From Octopus sinensis (lineage: Eukaryota): DNA of 9,773 bases. Positions within the stretch are counted from its first letter, which is position 1; each line of letters opens with the position of its first letter. The DNA lies in NCBI RefSeq assembly GCF_006345805.1, contig NW_021827807.1, positions 1 to 9,773 on the forward strand, in the 5' to 3' direction. A program made the position numbers and the translations under genes. This document shows positions 1 to 7,587 of this stretch, piece by piece. The notes beneath the pieces were generated by a model that made no database searches, was not told the DNA's origin, and saw only the letters and a program-made list of their open reading frames with translations.

Positions 1-157
1 TATTTCGTCTGCCGTTACGTCTGAGTTCAAATTCCGCCGAAGTCGACTTTGCCTTTCATCCTTTCGGGGTCGATTAAATAAGACCAGTTATGCACTAGGG
101 TCGATGTAATCAACTCAATCCCTTTCTCTGTCCTTATTTGTCCCCTCTATGTTTAGC
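1..157 (+). mobile_element. tRNA-derived SINE family A, partial copy (5' end cut by window edge)
   Basis: B-box GAGTTCAAATTCC at 23-35, then GCCTTTCATCCTTTCGGGGTCGAT at 51-74 (resembles, from recall, the Deu/Nin SINE domain). Near-exact reverse complement of ~1549-1690. Confidence 0.85.
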
Positions 158-374
158 TTCAGAAAGTTATGAAGAAACAAGTTCAACTTGGGAAGCAGAC
201 ATCAAAAACAATATTAAAAAAAAAACATAAATTTCACTTTGAAATGAGATCAGTGTCATTGGATAAAAAATGTACGTATTGTTCAGTCCATGATGCGATA
301 TAACTTTCTAAAATACACTGATTTTGACATATTCAGCATTCCTTGAAATAACAAAAAGAAAAAAAAAATTCTCT

Positions 375-531
375 TGGCTGTGTGGTAAGTAGCTTGCTTA
401 CGAACTACATGGTTCCGGGTTCAGTCCCACAGCGTAGCACCTTGGGCAAGTGACTTCTACTATAGCCTCAGGCCAACCAAAGCCTTGTGAGTGGATTTGC
501 TAGACGGAAACTGAAAGACGAAGCCAGTCGT
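375..531 (+). mobile_element. tRNA-derived CORE-type SINE family B, 5' half
   Basis: A-box TGGCTGTGTGG, B-box GGTTCAGTCCC and a MIR/CORE-like ACCTTGGGCAAGTGACTT. Aligns with 8114-8266 and stops at the internal (TA)n. Confidence 0.85.
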
Positions 532-672
532 TATATATGTAATATATATATATATATATATATATATGATATATATATATGTATATTATATATATCTTAT
601 ATACTATATCTTATATATAAGATATATATATATATATATACAGTCGTATATAATATATATATATATATATAA
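531..672. repeat. imperfect (TA)n microsatellite
   Basis: Seen directly; follows the SINE B 5' half. Confidence 0.95.
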
Positions 673-1033
673 GTTCAGCATAAATATATAGATTATATAT
701 TTAGGGCAAAAAGACAATATGGTACTTAAGTTAAAGGCACCAGAATTTTGTATGGTATTATCCATATAATCAAAATGTGGGGATTATAATCAAAATAAGC
801 AACAAGTATATCCGAGGTAGAGCAGTACAATTGTTTCATGCTACTTCATTTTATTAAACACTGTAAGTATTACATCAGTTTTAAAATGTCGAGCAATCTT
901 CAGCCATTTATAGAATTTTCCAGTCAAACGGACAATGCACCTTCTTATCTCTATTTCATTTGCCAACATTATAAAGAGGGTAGATATATAGACAGAGAGG
1001 TTGATTTCATTCTTAAGAACATGATTGCAAATT

Positions 1034-1039
1034 ATGATA

Positions 1040-1086
<47 letters not shown>

Positions 1087-1089
1087 AAT
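1034..1089. repeat. (GAT)n microsatellite, the (ATC)n tail of the adjacent minus-strand SINE
   Basis: About 15 perfect GAT units abutting the SINE 3' end. Confidence 0.95.
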
Positions 1090-1296
1090 CCTTCCTTGCG
1101 GAAGTGCAAGGCCTGAAATTTGTGGGGAGGGGGGATAGTCGATTACATCGACCCCACCAGTACTCAATTGGTACTTAATCTATCGACCTCGAAAGGCTTG
1201 AAATGCCAAGTCGAGTTTGAACTCAGAACGTAGCGGCAGACGATATAGCGATAAGCATTTTGCCTGGCGTGCCAACGATTCTGCCAGCTCACCGCC
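1088..1296 (-). mobile_element. SINE family A, near full-length monomer
   Basis: Minus strand reads GGCGGTGAGCTGGCAGAATCGTT (A-box) ... TGAGTTCAAAC (B-box) ... GCCTTTCGAGGTCGATAGATTAAGTACC ... GGGGTCGATGTAATCGACT. It has a short internal deletion relative to the other copies. Confidence 0.85.
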
Positions 1297-1299
1297 TTT

Positions 1300-1330
<31 letters not shown>

Positions 1331-1357
1331 AAACAACAACAATAACAACAACAACAA
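1300..1357. repeat. (CAA)n microsatellite, the (TTG)n tail of the next minus-strand SINE
   Basis: Seen directly between two SINE A units. Confidence 0.95.
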
Positions 1358-1731
1358 TCCTTTCTACTAAAGGTTCTCAAGGCCTGAAGTTTGTAGGGGA
1401 GATGAATAGTTGATTACATCGACCCCAGTGTTTCACTGGTATTTAATTTATCGACCCCGAAAGGATGAAAGGCAAAGTCGACCTCGGCAGAATTTGAACT
1501 CAGAACATAATGACGGCCAAAATACCTATTTCTTTACTACCCACAAGGGGCTAAACACAGAGGGGACAAACAAGGACAGACATAGGTATTAAGTCGATTA
1601 CATCGACCCCAGTGCGTAACTGGTACTTAATTTATCGACCCTGAAAGGATGGAAGGCAAAGTCGACCTCAACGGAATTTGAACTCAGAACATACCGTTCA
1701 GCATTTTTCACGGCATTCTAACGATTCTGCC
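1358..1731 (-). mobile_element. SINE family A dimer (two head-to-tail monomers, ~1534-1731 and ~1358-1533)
   Basis: The block GATTACATCGACCCCAGTG...ATTTATCGACCC..AAAGGATG.AAGGCAAAGTCGACCTC..C.GAATTTGAACTCAGAAC occurs twice (~1412-1506 and ~1597-1690). A partial A-box GGCAGAATCGTTAG lies at 1731-1718. Confidence 0.85.
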
Positions 1732-1820
1732 ATAATAATAAAAAAAAATAATAATAATAACTATGAAAACAAAAGCAACCAACGCATGAAATGAAAAAAT
1801 AAAAAAAAAGGGTTTGGTCT

Positions 1821-1826
1821 ACTCAC
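1821..1826 (-). other. 5' splice donor (GTGAGT) of the GPx first coding exon, phase 0
   Basis: TTC TGG TTG|GTGAGT is a consensus donor. GPx similarity ends exactly here and is followed by A/T tracts and SINEs. Confidence 0.85.
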
Positions 1827-2261
1827 CAACCAGAATTGGTTACAAGGAAATCCTAAAATATGAAAATCTTTAAATTCTTTTTGTAGTGCATTCATTGCTA
1901 AATATTGGGGGGTTGCCCCTCAGAAACTGGCTACATTCACGATAAGCAATACCTTATCCCTGTAAATTGACAGAGGTATTTCCTCGACCCCGTGGATGTC
2001 GTACGATTTGTAATCGTACAGAGACGAGCTGTGGTTGTCAGATTGGTAACAGGTGAGAAAGTTGGTGCTCCTGTGCAGTTTCAGGTGTCCGTGGCCGTGA
2101 CCATGATTGTGGACGTGGTTCTGGCGAGTGGTCATTTCCTCGGTTAGACCGGAGGTGATGAAAAAACCTTCACACAGAGAAATCGACAAGAAACTTGCCA
2201 CTAGATGTGACAAAAACATCAGCTTGGATGGTTCCATGCTTGCAGTTAGCGATCCGACCAT
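1827..2261 (-). CDS. GPx: Selenocysteine-containing glutathione peroxidase, secreted GPx3-like; first coding exon (145 codons including Sec114), gene continues beyond window position 1
   Basis: Translation through TGA gives ...LYDYKSYDIHGVEEIPLSIYRDKVLLIVNVASF-U-GATPQYLAMNALQKEFKDFHILGFPCNQFWL. This matches the GPx motifs Y-x-x-KVLLIVNVAS-x-U-G and GFPCNQF. QY..(L/M)NALQ and an upstream Cys resemble GPx3/5/6. There is a hydrophobic signal-like stretch (MFLSHLVASFLSISLCEG). ATG 2261 has A-3/G+4 context; alternative ATGs are at 2237 and 2219. Confidence 0.93.
1920..1922 (-). other. In-frame TGA = selenocysteine codon at the GPx active site
   Basis: It sits at the conserved Sec/Cys position, and GPx similarity continues in frame for 31 more codons. 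Confidence 0.92.
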
Positions 2262-2453
2262 CGTTTCGTAACTAAGAATTTGTGGTAGCTGCAGCGACGG
2301 TGGGGCTGCGATCGGCGTCCTGGGTAGCGAAGTAAAAATCGTAACACTGGTCGATGCTGGGGCCGAATCGAAGGAAACCGGGGCCAGAAAAGAGCTCAGT
2401 ATAGGGGTTAGTACAGGGAGGAAATTTAGGAGCAGCGTGAGGTCCAGGGTGTC

Positions 2454-2462
2454 TCAATTCAT
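2454..2462 (-). promoter_or_regulatory. Minimal uORF ATG-AAT-TGA, in frame with the GPx CDS
   Basis: 2462-2261 = 201 nt = 67 codons, with no stop between 2453 and the GPx ATG. Weak Kozak context (T at -3). Its presence in the mRNA depends on the TSS. Confidence 0.55.
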
Positions 2463-2691
2463 CCAAAAAGATATCCCAAGTAAGCTATATCAAGCTTGCT
2501 AAGGTATCCTTCCCTTCCAAAAGTTCCAAGAAAAACGGCGGTAAGAAATAGGGGGTGAGAGTAGGGTAGAGTTCAAGTTGATCCTTTTGTCCCTTTTTTG
2601 CAAGCTGGGGATGCTTAATTAAATTCCGAATTAAAATCCTTCCTCGCACTTTTTTAATCAGCTTCCCCCCCGACCTCAGTTAAAGACTCCG

Positions 2692-2760
2692 ACGGCGGCG
2701 GCGGCGGCGGCAACAACTACCGCCACCACCACCACCAACTCCAACACCACCTACACCAGC
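2692..2760. repeat. (GGC)n and (CAC)n short trinucleotide tracts in the predicted 5' leader
   Basis: GACGGCGGCGGCGGCGGCGG followed by CCACCACCACCACC. Confidence 0.85.
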
Positions 2761-2820
2761 AACAATTAAAACGACGGTAATGCTAATGGTATTAGTAACG
2801 TTGATGTAAATATATAATTA

Positions 2821-2829
2821 TTAACACAT
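2821..2829 (-). promoter_or_regulatory. Minimal uORF ATG-TGT-TAA (Met-Cys-stop)
   Basis: Plus strand TTAACACAT; one of only two minus-strand ATGs in 2262-2900. Confidence 0.4.
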
Positions 2830-2894
2830 ATATATATATATCTATAGAGAGAGACAGAAAAAGCGGGCAGCGAGCTGGTCTCGCTGCTTGTGAG

Positions 2895-3006
2895 AGATCT
2901 AACGTCCGATCGATGGTGACAGGGGTTTATATACGCGGTAGAGCGGAAGTGGTGTAGAATATGTGACGGGTTAGATACCGATCAACCAATCACTGGGTGG
3001 GTGGGG
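2895..3006 (-). promoter_or_regulatory. Putative GPx core promoter (TSS ~2900)
   Basis: Minus-strand TATATAAA at 2933-2926, Inr-like TTAGAT about 30 nt downstream, ETS site CGGAAGTG at 2944-2951, NF-Y consensus AACCAATCA at 2984-2992 and a GGGTGG/CACCC box at ~2995-3006. Locally CpG-rich in an AT-rich background. Confidence 0.6.
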
Positions 3007-3039
3007 GAAACAAACAACAACAACAAAAAGAAACATACA

Positions 3040-3314
3040 CAGACACAAATATGTATACATATATATATATATATATATATATTTAAGCAATTTACATGCA
3101 TATACATTGACGCACACACGCACACACAAAAACAGATATACACGTAAATATATGCACACAGACAAACATACATGTACGCGCATCCACACATCCATACACA
3201 CACACACCACACACACACACACACAACTTACACACATACACACACACACAAAAACAGATATACACGTAAATATATGCACACAGACAAACATACATGTACG
3301 CGCATTCACACATC

Positions 3315-3362
<48 letters not shown>

Positions 3363-3385
3363 TACACACACATACACACGCATGT
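3040..3385. repeat. (TA)n/(CA)n compound microsatellite with a 122-bp-period tandem duplication
   Basis: AAAAACAGATATACACGTAAATATATGCACACAGACAAACATACATGTACGCGCAT starts at both 3128 and 3250. Confidence 0.9.
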
Positions 3386-3533
3386 AGCACCCAATCATTT
3401 CGTCTCTTGTACTAACTACACACCAACGAACCCACAACACACGCCCACCGCCGCAACATACAACACAAACCGCATCGCACAACGTGTCCCGCCCATCGCA
3501 TCATCTTCCCCCGTTGCATCTCACTGACTTCTT

Positions 3534-4010
3534 CACCACCACCACCACCACCCCACCAACACCCACCACACACCACCACCACCACCACATACAACCACCA
3601 CCACACCACCACCACCACACCACCACCACCACCACTACAAACACCCACACCACCACCACCACCACCACCACTACAACCACCACCACCACCACCACCACCA
3701 CCACCACCACCACTACAACCACCACCACCACCACCACCCACCACCACACCACCACTCACAAACACCACCACCACACCACCACCACCACCACCACCACACC
3801 ACTAAACCACCACCACCACCACCACACCACCACCACCACTTACCACCACACACTACAACACACCACCTACCACCACAACCACCACCACACCACCACCACC
3901 ACCACATACACACCAACCACCACCACACCACCACCACCACACACCACAACCACCACCACCACCATCACCACCACCACCACTACCACCACCACCACCACCA
4001 CCACCACCAT
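3534..4010. repeat. Long imperfect (CAC)n/(GTG)n microsatellite
   Basis: About 480 nt of CAC units with CAA/TAC/CA interruptions. Confidence 0.95.
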
Positions 4011-4094
4011 CAGCCATCGTATGAGCAATGAAACAAACAACAATTACTGAAAGTGTGAGCATTCCAAGTACTTGTATAAACATACATGTACGCG

Positions 4095-4246
4095 GGTGTG
4101 TGCGTGTGTGTGTGTTTAAGGTATGTGTGTGTATGCGTGTGTATGTCTGTGTATATATATGTATGTATGAATTGTGTGTGTGTAAATCTTTCTCCCTCCC
4201 CCTCCCCTCCCCCCTCTCCCACCCTCTCTCTCTCTCTATATATATA

Positions 4247-4280
<34 letters not shown>
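4095..4280. repeat. Compound (GT)n, C-rich/(CT)n and (TA)n tract
   Basis: Seen directly. Confidence 0.9.
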
Positions 4281-4281
<1 letters not shown>

Positions 4282-4374
4282 ACAATTTAATAAATAAAAC
4301 AAATATATATACATGCGCGCACGTGCACACACACAGAGGTTTCGTATATAGAGAAATGTATACACATGTTTTTT

Positions 4375-4764
4375 CTTTTATTTCTTCTGTTTCAGTCATT
4401 TGACTGCGGCCATGCTGGAGCACCGCCTTTTAGTCGAACAAATCAAACCGCTAAGTTACGGGGACGTAAACCCACCAACATCGGTTGTCAAGTGATGTTG
4501 GGTGGGGGACAAACCACGACATACAAACATATACACACCCATAATATATATATATATAATATATATATTAATATATATATATATATATATACATATTACG
4601 ATGGGCTTCCTTCAGTTTCCGTCTACCAAATCCACCCACAAGACTTTGGTCGGCCGGAGGCTATAGCAGAAGACACTTGGCCAAGGTGCCGCCGCGTAGT
4701 GAGACCGAACCGGAACCATGTAGTTGGTAAGCAAGCTGCTTACCACAGCTGCCACTCCTACGCC
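4375..4764 (-). mobile_element. SINE family B copy with expanded internal (TA)n and a ~60-nt internal deletion
   Basis: Reverse complement aligns with 8105-8518 at both ends (GGCGTAGGAGTGGC... and GGCGGTGCTCCAGCATGGCCGCAGTCAAATGACTGAAAC) and lacks the segment corresponding to ~8378-8436. Confidence 0.85.
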
Positions 4765-4793
4765 TGTATGTGTGTGTGTGTATACAGACATAC

Positions 4794-4869
<76 letters not shown>

Positions 4870-5210
4870 TATGACTTATACACACATAGTCACACACACA
4901 TAAAAGCATAAATATAGACATGCATGCATGGTTGCATACATACATACATACATATTCATACATACATACATACATACATACATACATACATACATACATA
5001 CATTCATACATACATACATACATACATACATACAAACATACATACATACATACAAACATACATACATACATACATTCATACATACATACATACATACATA
5101 CAAACATACATACATACACACACATACATACATACAAACATACATACATGCATACATACATACATACATACATACATACATACATACATACATACATACA
5201 TACATACATA
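4765..5210. repeat. (TA)n and (TACA)n microsatellites
   Basis: (TA)n at ~4805-4872 and (TACA)n at ~4935-5210. Confidence 0.95.
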
Positions 5211-5750
5211 GGATACTCTATAATGAAATACGTCGGAAGGATAACCCCGAAGACAAAGAAATAAGAACCCACAGTATGGTAGAAGCCATACCCACTCATA
5301 ATAAAAAGGAATACTGGTGGAATGTCCCAGTGACGACCTCAATAAAATGTAAGCACAGCAGACCTGACAGAAACTGTGTACAGTTGTGGAAATCAGCTGC
5401 CCAGTGGATGTTAAGATAAACATGTAGATCAGTGAAAAAGAGAACAACTTTGCTGAACTATTGAAAAAACTGCAGTTACTCTATCCAGATTACAAGTTCA
5501 GGTTTATACCTGTAATTATTGGGGCCTTGGGATATGTAACACACTACCTAAATACCAATCTTGAGAAATTAGGCTTCTCAAAACCAGAAAGGAGAAAGTT
5601 GATTCGAAGTCATCAGATCCAGTCCATCACTGGAACTGTAAAAATCTGTAAAACTTTCCAGAAGTTTATCATTTAAATATATGTGAGCATGATTAGATAT
5701 GCTGCTATATGCATGAGAATACATACATAAAGCAAAACATACAAATCTGC
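5208..5750 (+). mobile_element. 5'-truncated, decayed R4/Dong-like non-LTR retrotransposon 3' end (restriction-like endonuclease domain plus 3' UTR)
   Basis: KEYWWNVPVTTSIKCKHSRPD, then a deletion/frameshift at ~5369, then KLCTVVEISCPVDVKINM*ISEKENNFAELLKKLQLLYPDYKFRFIPVIIGALGYV...GTVKICKTFQKFII* (stop 5674-5676). This fits the RLE pattern RPD...E...EK..KY..L...P(I/V)(V/I)IGALG. In-frame TAG at 5425-5427. Confidence 0.8.
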
Positions 5751-5907
5751 ACATACATACATACATACATACATACATACATACTACATACATACTACAT
5801 TCATACATACATACATAAATACATATATACAATACATACCTACATACATACATACATACATACATACATACAACATACATACATACATTCCTACATACAT
5901 AAATACA

Positions 5908-5938
<31 letters not shown>

Positions 5939-7125
5939 CATACATACATACATACATCATACATACATAACATCAATACATACATAAACACACATACATA
6001 CAACATACATCATACACATACATCAACGGACATACATACATACATACATAATACATACATACATACATACATACATACATACATACATACATACATACAT
6101 ACACAAATACATACCTACATACATACATACATACATACATACATACATACATACATACATACATACTACATACATACATACATACTACATACATACATAC
6201 ATAATTACATACATACTACATACATCTACATACATACATACATTCATCCTACATACTACATACATACATACAATACATACATACATACTACATGTACATC
6301 CATACATACATACATACATACATACGTACATACATACATACATACATACATACGTACATACATACATACATACATACATACATTTTACAACCTACATACA
6401 ATACATCATACATACATACATACAGACATACATACATACATAATACAGCATACATACTAATACGTACATAACATACTACATACATACATACATCATACAT
6501 ACATACATACGTAATACATACATACATACATACATACATACATACATACATACATACGACATACATACATGCACATACATAATACATACGTACATACATA
6601 CAGACATACATACATACTACATACACTACATACATACATACATACATACATACATACATACATACATACATACATACATACATACATACATACATACATA
6701 CATTCATACATACATACATACAATACATACAGGTACATACATACATACGTACATAAATAATCATACAATCATACATACATACATACTACATACATACATA
6801 CATACATACATACATACATAAATACATACATACATACATACATACATACATACTAATACATACATTCATACATACATACATCTACATACATACATACATA
6901 CATACATCATACATACATACATACATACATACTACATAAATACATAATACCTACATACACCACATACATACATACATACATACATCATAACATTACATAC
7001 ATACATACATACTACATACATACATACATACATCATACTACTACATCATACAATACATACTACATACATACATACACACATACATACATACATCATCCAT
7101 CCATCCATCCATACATACATACATA
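5751..7125. repeat. ~1.4-kb imperfect (TACA)n array
   Basis: Seen directly; many 1-nt indels. Confidence 0.95.
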
Positions 7126-7322
7126 AAGTTAATCCAAACAAGAAAGCACAAAAAAACACAACACCGCAAGGATGTTGAACAAATATAGTATTATTGGACG
7201 CTCAGGAAAGAAGGAGGGTTTAACGTTTCGATCGGAGCTCTTCGTCGGAAACATAGGAGAAGGAAAGATCCAGAGAAGGGAAGACAGAGGGAAAAAAAAT
7301 CGCCAACGGTACACACGAGGTC
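7126..7322 (-). mobile_element. Probable Penelope-like element terminal fragment carrying a hammerhead-like motif
   Basis: Minus strand GTTT-CCGACGA-A-GAGC-TCC-GATC-GAAAC-GTT-AAAC, embedded between (TACA)n arrays. The element class is inferred from the motif only; no coding sequence is present. Confidence 0.5.
7218..7252 (-). ncRNA. Minimal type I hammerhead ribozyme-like motif (variant core)
   Basis: Helix I GUUU/AAAC, core CCGACGA, helix II GAGC/GAUC with one mismatch, GAAA, palindromic AC-GU helix III and a GUU cleavage triplet. Confidence 0.45.
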
Positions 7323-7556
7323 ATTCATACATACATACATACATACATACATACATACATACATACATACATGCATACATACATACATACGTACGTACAA
7401 TAATACCCTGTTGTTGATGTTGAAATTCCAATGAAGGAGTCTTGGATCTAGGTTAGAAACCAGTTCTTTCTTTATTGGCAAGAAACCTTGAAATAAACTG
7501 AATAATGACATATATACATACGTGCATACACACATACATACATACATATACATACA

Positions 7557-7587
<31 letters not shown>

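Noticed and set aside
161-309. 10-bp inverted repeat AGAAAGTTAT / ATAACTTTCT
   Set aside because: It is short and AT-rich, does not extend, and has no target duplication; compatible with chance.
838-1167. ORFs 838-1116 (+, poly-Asp) and 841-1167 (-, poly-Ile)
   Set aside because: No recognisable domain. They are extended by the (GAT)n SINE tail and lie in the GPx intron.
1088-1731. Recurring ~95-nt blocks as a CRISPR array or tRNA genes
   Set aside because: The context is eukaryotic and the blocks are long, diverged SINE bodies. The A/B boxes do not complete a cloverleaf.
1-1820. GPx exon 2 (QEP... motif) or a SECIS element
   Set aside because: I found no QEP-like coding segment on the minus strand in the unique stretches I translated. 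The region is intronic, so the SECIS should lie beyond the window.
2454-2456. A-to-I editing of the uORF or Sec UGA to UGG as the readthrough mechanism
   Set aside because: The A has a 5' G neighbour, which ADAR disfavours, and I saw no convincing local duplex. It cannot be supported without RNA data.
2272-2466. 64-aa minus-strand ORF just upstream of GPx
   Set aside because: Its 'Met' is a TTG and the frame has no ATG. It is out of frame with GPx and has no recognisable similarity. A non-AUG overlapping uORF cannot be fully excluded.
5751-7125. Higher-order periodicity or coded information in the TACA interruptions
   Set aside because: Spacing of the variants is irregular. The 1-nt indels may be slippage or long-read consensus errors.
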